Source: a virus (taxonomy: Duplodnaviria; Caudoviricetes). Taken from it: a stretch of DNA of 42,976 nt. The stretch is from positions 1-42,976 of IMG/VR virus record IMGVR_UViG_3300017747_001641; one strand, 5' to 3'. The notes under the pieces were generated by a model, which saw only the letters and a program-made list of their open reading frames with translations, was not told the DNA's origin and made no database searches. Below, piece by piece: positions 25,747-34,461 of this stretch; position 1 is the first letter of the stretch, and each line of letters starts with the position of its first letter. The translations under genes and the position numbers were made by a program.

Positions 25747-26628
25747 TCACCAGTCAAATTTACCCAGTATGTCCTGCACCCGCGCCTTGACGTCATTGCG
25801 CACACCTTCGCTTGTGCGGAGGTCCTTGATCGTAACCCCGGACAGGGCTTCTTCAAGATGCTTGCGTGCTGCTTCTAACGTCGGGTCATTCATTACATTC
25901 AAGCGAGTGAGTAAACTGCACAGCTCAACACCATTCTCCAGATGAGATTCGTGAAGCTGCCCCGCCTTGGTCTTATCGCCGCTTGCGGATGATTCAATCG
26001 CTTTCTGCTTCTTCTCCAACCTGTCAACCAAAGTCGTCAGGTATTCATGTAGTCTACTCCAAAGTTCTTTTGCTGTGGCTTCTTCTTTCTCACGATACAA
26101 CTTTTCATAGCTTTCGCGCAACTCCTGCTGCGTCGCAGCATCCGAATCAACCCGAAAGTCGCCAGACAAAGGCACCGGATGGAAAGCCGTGCGAACGCTG
26201 AACTTATGTTTAATCTTATCCTCGCTGGGATAGTCGTCACGGTTAAACAATGTGCCGATTTGGAATGCCGCAGCCGAGATGAGATTTGGGTAATACGTCA
26301 GAAAATCTTGCACCGCCGCATTGAACTCATTCTCCATTGTGGAAAGCTCTTGCTTATAGTGAAAGAAGTTTGCCATTGGCAGCAGCCGGGTGCCGGTATC
26401 TGACCACGGGAGGGTCTCGCGCAGATGCCAGTTCCGGATTTTCCCAGCGATTGAATTGACCCGCTCCAGTTTGTCCGTGCCAGCGAACAGGTTTTTGTGA
26501 TAGTTACCGGCTTTTGTGCGGGTGTTCTTGGCCGCGTCCACCTCGCCGCTGACCTTGCGATCCATCTTACGACCCGTCCATACAGAGATGTTCAGGTCAA
26601 CCAATACGCCGTTGTTAGTAATGCTCAT
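25747..26628 (-). CDS. DUF3150-like conserved phage protein
   Basis: VLVDLNISVWTGRKMD..TLPWSD.G.RLLP pattern; 293 aa; lies downstream of the MoxR/VWA pair. Confidence 0.6.
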   Translation of the reverse strand: MSITNNGVLVDLNISVWTGRKMDRKVSGEVDAAKNTRTKAGNYHKNLFAGTDKLERVNSIAGKIRNWHLRETLPWSDTGTRLLPMANFFHYKQELSTMENEFNAAVQDFLTYYPNLISAAAFQIGTLFNRDDYPSEDKIKHKFSVRTAFHPVPLSGDFRVDSDAATQQELRESYEKLYREKEEATAKELWSRLHEYLTTLVDRLEKKQKAIESSASGDKTKAGQLHESHLENGVELCSLLTRLNVMNDPTLEAARKHLEEALSGVTIKDLRTSEGVRNDVKARVQDILGKFDW

Positions 26629-27203
26629 TGCCGTTCTCCTTTGTCGTTAAAGTCATACTCATTACATTCAATAGATTCAACAATCGCTTCTTCACTTACT
26701 TGGTGCTCATACTCCGCCTCCAACTGCCGATAAATCGTCCGCATCAAATACCTGCACGCCTCCTTAAAGTCCTCCTCAAAGCACGGCACGGTCTCGCTGT
26801 CCGTCTCCGGTATGTCCAAGTCGTAGTGGATACTGTTCTCATGACTGTAGAGCCCGCGATGGTTTAGTCGAACGTAGTGTGGTTGTATCGCGCCCATATC
26901 CCGAAACAACTTCAACTTGTAAAAGAACTCACCGTAATCTGCGGCCTTCTCCTGCCCTACAAGCTCGACCAACTTGTCATAGCGCACATGCTTTTCACGC
27001 CACGACCCCACAAAGCACGCGCCGTCACCCTGTGAACCGAAGCCAGACCAGAAGATGTCGGTCTCATAAAACCCGAGGCAGTCCAGTATGTCCTTCCAAT
27101 CCTCGATGATCCACTCGGCGCACCAGCCATCGGAGTGAACACAGTCCACCATCCACGCTCGTGCCTTCTCTTTGGCGCTGTCACCCAGCTCGTGGTATTT
27201 CAT
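26625..27203 (-). CDS. Hypothetical protein (192 aa)
   Basis: EL.D.AKEKAR.W, IFWSGFGSQGDGACF, LEAEYE..I..NEY.F motifs; ATGA overlaps. Confidence 0.75.
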   Translation of the reverse strand: MKYHELGDSAKEKARAWMVDCVHSDGWCAEWIIEDWKDILDCLGFYETDIFWSGFGSQGDGACFVGSWREKHVRYDKLVELVGQEKAADYGEFFYKLKLFRDMGAIQPHYVRLNHRGLYSHENSIHYDLDIPETDSETVPCFEEDFKEACRYLMRTIYRQLEAEYEHQVSEEAIVESIECNEYDFNDKGERQ

Positions 27204-27487
27204 TTGTTGTCCTCCTTCAGCGACGCCGTCGTCATCTTGGCCAGCGCATACCGCTCGGTGCTCAGGTGATGAATCGACAGGTCAATGTGCTCAAACACCT
27301 CGATGCTGGACTTGGTCTCCTGTATATACTTGCCATACAGCTTGTAGGCGCTACCCCCCGCAATGAGTTTTATGAACGCCATCGCCGCCTCCACCGGGAC
27401 TACGAGCTCCATGTAGTCCACCTTGAGAATCACCAGCTTGGCCGCTTCTTTGTCGTTGCTCTTGTCGTTGCTCCTGTCGTTGCTCAT
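27200..27487 (-). CDS. Hypothetical protein (95 aa)
   Basis: AGGAG RBS; short SND(R/K) repeat at the N-terminus. Confidence 0.65.
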   Translation of the reverse strand: MSNDRSNDKSNDKEAAKLVILKVDYMELVVPVEAAMAFIKLIAGGSAYKLYGKYIQETKSSIEVFEHIDLSIHHLSTERYALAKMTTASLKEDNK

Positions 27488-27505
27488 ATCAGCTCCTGTT
27501 GTTGG

Positions 27506-28666
27506 TTAAATGTGAATCGTCTTGCCCACCGGGGCGATGACCTTGCTGCCACCACAGATGACGAACAGCACCGGACATGGCCACGCCCCACCCCAGTCGC
27601 CGCCCACAACCCCGTCGGTCAGAATGATGGCGCACTCAGGTTTGATGTTTTGTGCGCTCATATAGGCTGTGATGCAGCTGGGTGCGGTGCCGCCACCACC
27701 GGCGGGCTTGGTCTTGGTCTCCAACCCATCCAGCTCATGCACCCCATACTTCTCGTGAGCGGCGACCCGTGTGTCCCAATACACCAAGTCCAACACCTCG
27801 GGGTTCACCTGCTTGGCCACGCCTACGACCTCGGACATGAACTCCTGCAGCTCACGCCCACCGATTGAACCTGACGTGTCAACGCCGACCAACACCCGAC
27901 CAATCGCCTCACTGATGCACCCCGGCAGATACATGCCGCTGGACACGAACCGACGGTTGACCTTACGCCATGTGGACATATCCCGACCGGCACAGGTGCT
28001 GGTGACGAACTCGCGCAGGGCTTCCCGCCAGTTGACCTTGGGCTCCAGCAGTTCAGCGAATGTGCGGTCACCCCCGCTACCCCGTTTGGCTGCGAGGATG
28101 GCACCCTGACGCAGGGCTTGGTCAATCTGCTGGGCAATCTTTTCACGCTGGTCTGAGGTCAGCTGCTCCTCACCATCCCAGTCATGCTCGTCGAACCCGG
28201 GCTGGCCACCACCCCCTCGCTTCTCCTGCTCTTCCTTCAGCAGCCGGTAGACATGCCCTGCGTCCATGCCCTTGAACCTCGGGTCACACGGGCCGGGGTG
28301 TTTCTCAGGCATCTTGATGAACCCCTCGCCATTGTCGATGTGGGTCAGCTTGAGGTTAATGACGTGGTCACACGCCTCGTTGGCCAGCTGGGGGTCTTCC
28401 TTGTAGATATGCCGCCACGTCGTCATATGCCGGAACGCTTTGTGGTAATTCTCGTGCAGCACCAAGAACCGCAGCTCGGCCTCGTCCAAGTCCTCGATGA
28501 ACTTGCGGCCATACTTCACCGTGAACCCGTCCGTGCAAGCTGTGGGTGTGTGCTCGTCCACCATCGTCCGGCCAAACATCACCACACCGCCGATCGCGCA
28601 ATGCTTGATGTGGTTGACGATGTGAAGATGTGCGCGGGATAACCGTTGCTCTGCTGTGAGTTTCAT
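27506..28666 (-). CDS. Metallopeptidase + VWA domain protein (DUF2201-like)
   Basis: PTACTDG, LHENYH (HExxH), N.ACD..IN, MIDAS motifs VDTSGS, GGGT and LTDG. Confidence 0.88.
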   Translation of the reverse strand: MKLTAEQRLSRAHLHIVNHIKHCAIGGVVMFGRTMVDEHTPTACTDGFTVKYGRKFIEDLDEAELRFLVLHENYHKAFRHMTTWRHIYKEDPQLANEACDHVINLKLTHIDNGEGFIKMPEKHPGPCDPRFKGMDAGHVYRLLKEEQEKRGGGGQPGFDEHDWDGEEQLTSDQREKIAQQIDQALRQGAILAAKRGSGGDRTFAELLEPKVNWREALREFVTSTCAGRDMSTWRKVNRRFVSSGMYLPGCISEAIGRVLVGVDTSGSIGGRELQEFMSEVVGVAKQVNPEVLDLVYWDTRVAAHEKYGVHELDGLETKTKPAGGGGTAPSCITAYMSAQNIKPECAIILTDGVVGGDWGGAWPCPVLFVICGGSKVIAPVGKTIHI

Positions 28667-28684
28667 AGCTTCTCCTTGGTTAAA

Positions 28685-29776
28685 TTACTTGGCGTCGAAC
28701 AGCCAGTGGTTCTCGGTAGCCCATGTCGTGAAGCTGCGGTTGGCCAATGCTGCGGTGCGGGCTTGAGACTTGACTGCGTTGAGACAGAACACCGCTTGGA
28801 ACTCCTTGGCCATGCGCTTGCAATACACCATCCACGCATCGAACGAGCCCTTGTCCACCCGTGCCAGCGCCGAATAGACCGTAATGAATGACGCCGCAGC
28901 ATCACCATCAGCGGGCAGCTTGGCAGTATCGGGGTGCTTCACAATCTCAGCCCACGTCGGCAGCTTGTCCGCCAGTGCAGCATAGGCCATCATGTCACGC
29001 GCAGCAGCCTCACCCACACAGCCCGCCACACCGGCGATAGTCGCTGTCGTGCCCAACACACCACGATGCTTGATGATGTGGCTGGCCTTGGTCAGCGAAC
29101 GCGGGGTGCAGAACGCAGTCATCGGCTTGTTGGGGTGGAAGATATACGGGTTCTCATCTTGGCCACCATCGTCGAACGACGCCAACGCTTGCGGGTTCTG
29201 GTTGACCCACGCAATGACCTCAGCCTCAACGCCGTTGTCCACCGCCCACGCACACCACTGCTCGGCATCCGGGGACTTGACCGTCACGAACGACAGACGA
29301 TTGCGTGCATGGGGCTGGATGTTGTCACCCAGACCCTCACCTGTCTTGTTGGTCGTGCCGAACACGATACTGCCAGCGGGCAACGCGTCCTCACCCATCT
29401 TGCGCTCCAGCATGAGGCGCAGGGCAGTGTTCTGAACCGGACGCATGGCCTTGCCGAACTCGTCCAGCATGAGAATCACCGGCTTCTTGTTGTGCAGCTT
29501 CAGCTCGCTGTTGGGTGCGAAGTGCGTTACCTTGATGCCGTTGCGCTCCTCGACATACGGCACACCCGACAGGTCAGCGATGTCCTTGGTGGTCATGTCC
29601 ATATACACGGCGTCATGCGTGCCGTTGAACTGCTCAGCCAATGCCCACAGCAGCGACGATTTGCCGATGCCCATGCCACCCTGCAGCATGATAGTAACGT
29701 CCGCACCGCACGTAGCGATGAGGTTCTTGGCTTCTTCGAGCGTAACTGCGGTCGTGTTGCTAATTGCTTGCGACAT
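28685..29776 (-). CDS. MoxR-like AAA+ ATPase
   Basis: Walker A GGMGIGKS, Walker B LMLDE, VQN, TTN, ARNR, TPRS; adjacent to the VWA gene. Confidence 0.88.
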   Translation of the reverse strand: MSQAISNTTAVTLEEAKNLIATCGADVTIMLQGGMGIGKSSLLWALAEQFNGTHDAVYMDMTTKDIADLSGVPYVEERNGIKVTHFAPNSELKLHNKKPVILMLDEFGKAMRPVQNTALRLMLERKMGEDALPAGSIVFGTTNKTGEGLGDNIQPHARNRLSFVTVKSPDAEQWCAWAVDNGVEAEVIAWVNQNPQALASFDDGGQDENPYIFHPNKPMTAFCTPRSLTKASHIIKHRGVLGTTATIAGVAGCVGEAAARDMMAYAALADKLPTWAEIVKHPDTAKLPADGDAAASFITVYSALARVDKGSFDAWMVYCKRMAKEFQAVFCLNAVKSQARTAALANRSFTTWATENHWLFDAK

Positions 29777-29795
29777 TTTGCTTCTCCTTTAAGAT

Positions 29796-29811
29796 GTGTG
29801 ACATGTCACAC
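29796..29811. promoter_or_regulatory. 16-bp perfect palindrome, candidate operator
   Basis: GTGTGACATGTCACAC immediately upstream of the MoxR RBS; near copy TGTGACATCTCACA at 31588-31601. Confidence 0.45.
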
Positions 29812-29834
29812 GGTTTGTATTGTTTTAAAAACAG

Positions 29835-30263
29835 TTAGCTAAACGCAATTGAACGTGCTACATACAACAGGTAGTCGTGGTCGCCACTGCGCTCCTCGAC
29901 GATGTCATCGGTCTCTTCACCGATGCGGACGAACTCGTAGCAGAAGTATTTGTTGAGACCGCTGCCACCATCAAGCTCGTCGTTGTCGATGTAGTCTGCG
30001 TGATACTTTTTGACAACCTCGTCGAACTGCCGGACATTTGGATACGAGTCATACCACTTCACCTCTTCGCACTGAAAAGTGTAGCCGTATCCGTGCGTCT
30101 TGTTCAACGAACTGAAGCAATCACCGAAGTCATCACGGTGCCACTTGGTTTCTTTCAACTGCGCATACCACAGGTCGAGCAGTGCCTTGGCCTTGGGGTA
30201 GTCCGGCTCGTTTGCATGGGTAACGTAGAACACCGCTGCCACATCGCTTCTGTATCCCATCAT
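29835..30263 (-). CDS. Hypothetical protein
   Basis: MMGYRSDV start with AAGGAG RBS; motifs VKWYDSYP and FVRIGEE.DD. Confidence 0.75.
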   Translation of the reverse strand: MMGYRSDVAAVFYVTHANEPDYPKAKALLDLWYAQLKETKWHRDDFGDCFSSLNKTHGYGYTFQCEEVKWYDSYPNVRQFDEVVKKYHADYIDNDELDGGSGLNKYFCYEFVRIGEETDDIVEERSGDHDYLLYVARSIAFS

Positions 30264-30271
30264 GGTCTCCT

Positions 30272-30562
30272 TTAAATTCTGAACATCAGCTGCCCTGCAA
30301 TCTGCAAGGACTCGACGCCAGTTTTTGACTGCATGAACTTCTGATACTTCTGCCACACATTGGCCACCGCCTCCTGTCGTGTCACACCGAATCCTGAGAA
30401 CATGTATTGATGCTCAGTGGGAACCTTGGTGTTGTTGAAGTCAGCGGGGAACCGTATGTCTGCTCTGAACTCAGGACTTGATGGCAAGCTGATATCGTTC
30501 ACCTCCAAGCCAGCACCGTCCAAGCGCAGCAGCGCCTCCATCTCGTCTTCTCTCATAGGCAT
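30272..30562 (-). CDS. Hypothetical protein (96 aa)
   Basis: GAGGAG RBS; fits the operon. Confidence 0.65.
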   Translation of the reverse strand: MPMREDEMEALLRLDGAGLEVNDISLPSSPEFRADIRFPADFNNTKVPTEHQYMFSGFGVTRQEAVANVWQKYQKFMQSKTGVESLQIAGQLMFRI

Positions 30563-31329
30563 TTGACTCCTCTCTTGGGTGAATTGGCGGGGACATACTC
30601 GCGGTCATACAACGCCTCGGGTGTGGTCAGCCCCGCCTTCATACATACCCGATACAGATAATCGTTCGGCAAATCACCCCGCACGCTCTCGCCAAAATTA
30701 GCCAGCGTGTCCATCGGTAGCTCGCCGTTCGCGCCGTTGCGCGTCAGCAGGTTAGCCAACAGGTCTTTGGCTCTGAGAGGTGGGTATGGGTAGGGTTGTG
30801 GTGTGTCGTATGCGCCCAGCGCCTTCATACTCTTGAGGTATGTCTTGATCTGGGACACAACGGGTAGCTTGCGTAGTCGTGCGGTCTCCTTGCGGTTATA
30901 CCGTTCGATGTAACACTCGGGCGGGTTGGTGCATACCCAGTGCTGGTCGCGATACTCAAACCACAGCCCGTTCTGCATATCTGCCATCCGGATGTCGTTG
31001 ACCCTGATTGTGTTGTCCTGCAGATGGCCTGTCATGGGTGATACCGCATGGATAAAAGCTGCCGTTGACATCGACGCCCAACCACCGGCTCGGGTTTGGA
31101 TGCGTCCGTCCTGATACCACCGCACGCACTCCGTGCTGTATAGCTTGGCCGCGTAGTAATGCCCGTGCTCGTTGCTACCCTCGGTGATCATCATGTGCTT
31201 CTTGTAACGCGCGCCCAGAGGGCGTAGGTTGTCACTCCCCCGTATCGGTTTGATGCTGTCGTAGTGAATCTTGGCTTCGTCGTAGCTTTTGACCATGGGT
31301 ATGTGGTCTGTTGTGCTTATCCCAAACAT
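30553..31329 (-). CDS. Hypothetical protein (258 aa)
   Basis: Start reassigned to ATG 31329 (MFGIST) with AAGGAG RBS. Confidence 0.7.
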   Translation of the reverse strand: MFGISTTDHIPMVKSYDEAKIHYDSIKPIRGSDNLRPLGARYKKHMMITEGSNEHGHYYAAKLYSTECVRWYQDGRIQTRAGGWASMSTAAFIHAVSPMTGHLQDNTIRVNDIRMADMQNGLWFEYRDQHWVCTNPPECYIERYNRKETARLRKLPVVSQIKTYLKSMKALGAYDTPQPYPYPPLRAKDLLANLLTRNGANGELPMDTLANFGESVRGDLPNDYLYRVCMKAGLTTPEALYDREYVPANSPKRGVKCL

Positions 31330-31367
31330 GATGGCTCCTTGTGTTGTGTTACTGTTTATCGGGGTTG

Positions 31368-31595
31368 CTACCTTGGTTGTTTCTGGTTTGTCTCCCGCAG
31401 AGTCTTGTGGGCTGAGGCAGGGGTAACGAACTGATACGCCCCCTTGCCATACTCCTGCACCACACACCACGAGACACGAGCAGCACGCGCCGACGCCTCG
31501 CCACATGCCAAACAGGCGCGGTATCCCAACGCCCAACGGCGGGGTTCTACATCATCCCCGCACCAACAACAAAAACAATTCGACTCATGTGACAT
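31368..31595 (-). CDS. DksA/TraR-type C4 zinc-finger protein
   Basis: CCWCGDDVEPRRWALGYRACLACG; ATG 31595 with GGAGGT RBS. Confidence 0.6.
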   Translation of the reverse strand: MSHESNCFCCWCGDDVEPRRWALGYRACLACGEASARAARVSWCVVQEYGKGAYQFVTPASAHKTLRETNQKQPR

Positions 31596-31596
31596 C

Positions 31597-31689
31597 TCAC
31601 ACCTCCAAAGAAAACAACACCGCAAAAAACAGCCACGACAACAGCACAGCTATCAGGGCTGCACCAAGAAATTGAAGCACCCTAAACAT
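31597..31689 (-). CDS. 30-aa single-TM peptide (MFRVLQFLGAALIAVLLSWLFFAVLFSLEV)
   Basis: Not in the ORF track; AAGGAG RBS; TGATG overlap with the upstream gene. Confidence 0.55.
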   Translation of the reverse strand: MFRVLQFLGAALIAVLLSWLFFAVLFSLEV

Positions 31690-31934
31690 CATTCTTCTCC
31701 TTCCTCATGCCAGTCGGGGCGGGTCAGCGCCATGCTGGCGAAAATAATTGGGCGGGTCTCGGGGTTGCGCCACGCAGCCATAATGGCTTTGGCTTCTGCT
31801 TCCTCGAAGAACTCCCCCTCGAACTCCACATTCAATCCGTCCTCGGTGTGGGTCATGAGCTCAACCCGCCACGCATCGGGCACTCCCTCGGCGGGTGGTA
31901 GGTGAGTGATGCGGGTGCGGTATATGGTAGTCAT
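31689..31934 (-). CDS. Hypothetical protein (81 aa)
   Basis: GGAG RBS, ATGA overlap. Confidence 0.65.
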   Translation of the reverse strand: MTTIYRTRITHLPPAEGVPDAWRVELMTHTEDGLNVEFEGEFFEEAEAKAIMAAWRNPETRPIIFASMALTRPDWHEEGEE

Positions 31935-32098
31935 ACTGTCTCCCGTTTATTAATTTCCCGTTTCTTAATTACGGCGTATATCTTGGTGGCCAGCGTGGTG
32001 TAGGTCTCGTGCTCTTCCTCGCCCTCGTCGTAGTAGTCGGCGTAGTCTTCAGCCAGCCGCAGCAGGTTCCACAGGTCGTCCGTCGTCAGGTCGTTCAT
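31931..32098 (-). CDS. Acidic 55-aa protein (MNDLTTDDLWNLLRLAEDYADYYDEGEEEHE..)
   Basis: Not in the ORF track; AGGAGG RBS; ATGA overlaps at both ends. Confidence 0.6.
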   Translation of the reverse strand: MNDLTTDDLWNLLRLAEDYADYYDEGEEEHETYTTLATKIYAVIKKREINKRETV

Positions 32099-32268
32099 GC
32101 TTCCTCCTTATAGAACTTCGTGAAAAAGATGCGAGCGTAAAGCCGGTCGGCGCTCTCTTGGGGGAACGCATTGCGTGCCCTGATCTCAGCAGCCAGCTTG
32201 GTGCTGAAGTATTCCCCCGTCACGCCGTGGATGTGCCACAGCTGCACCTGCTCTAGTCCTTCCATCAT
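32095..32268 (-). CDS. 57-aa protein (MMEGLEQVQLWHIHGVTGEYF..)
   Basis: Not in the ORF track; AAGGAG RBS; ATGA overlap. Confidence 0.6.
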   Translation of the reverse strand: MMEGLEQVQLWHIHGVTGEYFSTKLAAEIRARNAFPQESADRLYARIFFTKFYKEEA

Positions 32269-32278
32269 TTATCTCCTT

Positions 32279-32845
32279 TTACTCATACGGGGTGAACAAC
32301 TCAACCTTCACCCACTCGAACCGGAACCCCTCCGGCAAGGTCTTGCAACCCTCGGGCAAGCGCCCGCCCTGCAACTGGGCGACATACAGCACATCGCCCG
32401 CCTCCAGCGTCACCGACTCGCGGTTGAACTCCACGCCCAACACTGCGGCGGTGTCGGCGTGTCCTACGATTGACTTCGCTGGCTTTCTGCGTGCCTCCGC
32501 CTCACTGGACGGTGCAAACCGGACTTTCCCCAACAGGTTCTGGGGGATCATCCCCAGAGAGAGGGCGTTGCTGATGTAGGTCTTGCACACCTCTTTTCGG
32601 GCGATATCAAAAAGGGTGCGGTTCCCCAGCAGCTCGCATACATCTGGCGAGTCCACCTCCTGCAAGGAGGCCTCCACCTCAACCCACGACGGGGCGTCGG
32701 TCTCTGCCCAGTCAATGAATGACTTCAAGGTCTCCCATGCCCGCTGCATGGGCTGGTCGAGCGGGCGGGGTGTCCCCGCCGCGTCATTGGCGGCGAAAAA
32801 TTGACGGGTTACTGCGGCGAGAAACTGCTGGGTGCGTGCGTCCAT
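32279..32845 (-). CDS. acrIII-1: AcrIII-1/DUF1874-like ring nuclease fused to an unknown N-terminal domain
   Basis: C-terminal ~100 aa: YISNALSLGM, SIVGHADTA, NRESVTL..GD..YV, RLPEG; AAGGAG RBS. Confidence 0.78.
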   Translation of the reverse strand: MDARTQQFLAAVTRQFFAANDAAGTPRPLDQPMQRAWETLKSFIDWAETDAPSWVEVEASLQEVDSPDVCELLGNRTLFDIARKEVCKTYISNALSLGMIPQNLLGKVRFAPSSEAEARRKPAKSIVGHADTAAVLGVEFNRESVTLEAGDVLYVAQLQGGRLPEGCKTLPEGFRFEWVKVELFTPYE

Positions 32846-33633
32846 GGTGGGTCTCCTTGGTTGGTGCTGCGGTTGGTGTTGCGGGTTTTTGGTTTACATG
32901 TGCTGCATAGAGGGGTCGAAAGGTTGAGGGGTTGCGGTGTTTAGTTGTGCCGTATCTTTTGTGGGTTCTCTCAATCACTCTAGGCAGCACACGCAGCAGA
33001 TGCACGCCGTCCACACGGACGGACACAGAACAGAGGAAGAAAGATTTGAGGGGCTGCTGGTAGTGCTTGGTTTGGTCTTTCTTGGTGTTCGGCTTGGCTT
33101 CTGCTGGTGTGTTGTTGATTTGTTCATTTTGATTTGTAACGCGCCGCTTCTGGATTGACTCTATGCCGGTTGTCTCCGGTTCGGTGCCAGTATGCAATAT
33201 GCGGTTCAGCTGCGCGGGGTAAGCGGAGTTCGGAATTGGGTTAGGGGTGGTCGTCGCGGCTGTCATCAAAAACAAACTAATTCCCGACATGCGCTCGCAC
33301 TCCATACCTTGCCCTACTAAATACCTACCAGACATACAAAACATCTTTTACACAATGAAGCCCGATGCCCGCTTGTGTCGGACGGGATACCGTGGAATAT
33401 TTGGCACCAAGAATGATGCTAGTGGGAATGAGTGTCTACCGTTGCGGGGAGGCTTGTTGTTACGCCTTTTGTTTTCACCGTCTTACAAGTCCAGTCCCAT
33501 CCCCTTTGTTGTCATTGCTTCAGGGTGTGTGCAGGATTGCCCGAATGGGCGTAGCGGTGCTGATGTAGGGTCTAGCCTGCGATGGCTTGTATGTCTACCT
33601 GCGGGCTGTGCTGCACCCGCAGGACTTTTCCTG

Positions 33634-33647
33634 ATTGTAAAAGAGCA
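33634..33647 (-). promoter_or_regulatory. boxA-like antitermination element
   Basis: TGCTCTTTTACAAT on the minus strand, 1 mismatch to rrn-type boxA TGCTCTTTAACAAT, ~45 nt after the early promoter start, followed by a CCTGCGGG/CCCGCAGG hairpin. Confidence 0.6.
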
Positions 33648-33697
33648 GTGCCGTGGGTCGCCGATGCTGCTTGGCTCTTCCTCGACTGTATGGCTAT

Positions 33698-33726
33698 ATT
33701 ATACAAGATGATGGGGTCTAAGTCAA
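33698..33726 (-). promoter_or_regulatory. Strong sigma70-type promoter for the early/replication arm
   Basis: TTGACT-17 nt-TATAAT on the minus strand. Confidence 0.8.
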
Positions 33727-33762
33727 GTAATGTGGGATGTTTTGTATGTTGTTTTGGGCTGC

Positions 33763-33860
33763 TGGCGGATTGGTGGCGGATTGGTGGCGGATTGGTGGCG
33801 GATTGGTGGCGGATTGGTGGCGGATTGGTGGCGGATTGGTGGCGGATTGGTGGCGGATTG
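33763..33860. repeat. 11-bp tandem repeat (TGGCGGATTGG) x ~9
   Basis: 8 perfect copies plus a 10-nt partial copy. Confidence 0.95.
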
Positions 33861-33952
33861 TCTTGGGGTTCGCAGTCAGGTGCGCCGCCGCCTACAAGAA
33901 ACTATCACCGGCTTAGATTTATTTTTACCCGATGTTAGTGTGTGCTCATTTA

Positions 33953-34461
33953 TGTTCCATCGTAAAATCAATGAGTTAGCTTGGGGGCGGTTTTGGGGGG
34001 TTTTGGCGGAGTTAGGTAAGTGCTTGATTGTGCATGGAACATTGAAAATAAGAGAGTCCAAATGGTGTCCGTGTTCCAAATGTTCCAGCGTGTTCCAAGG
34101 GGTTGGAACACGTTATGTTAAATGAATTTGGTTGGTGAGCACTTACCCCTTGAGTTGCAAGTGTTTGTTTTTATTATATTATTATTATTAGATTAGAAAT
34201 ATTTAATAGTAGAGAAGAGAAGGGTATTAGAATGTTCCAACGAATCGAAAAATGAATGCCGCGCCAAAATTTTTTCTGAATGCTGCGGGGATTGCAGCTG
34301 CGGTTTGGGGTTCGGCGGCGCCTTTTTTATTTTTGCCAAACTGAAAAACCGTTGGAACATTTGGAACATTTGGAACATTCCAATAAATCAAGGACTTACG
34401 AGGATTTTTCTTGGAACATCGTTGGAACACTTGGAACATTCCAATAAATCAAGGACTTACG
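33953..34461. repeat. Iteron-like cluster (TGTTCCA/TGGAACA x13) around an AT-rich core; candidate replication origin
   Basis: 13 heptamer copies, mostly TGTTCCA on the left and TGGAACA on the right of the AT-rich 34165-34210 core; 31-bp direct repeat at 34370-34400 and 34431-34461. Confidence 0.7.

Noticed and set aside
33761-33860. Chi-site array
   Set aside because: Repeat gives ATTGGTGG/GCTGGCGG, not E. coli Chi GCTGGTGG; the host Chi sequence is unknown.
32784-34439. ORF-track entries in the control region (32784-33344, 33247-33711, 33582-33938, 33730-34125, 34193-34439)
   Set aside because: No RBS, they cross promoters and repeats, and the translations simply mirror the repeats (WWRIGGGLVAD, MFQMFQ).
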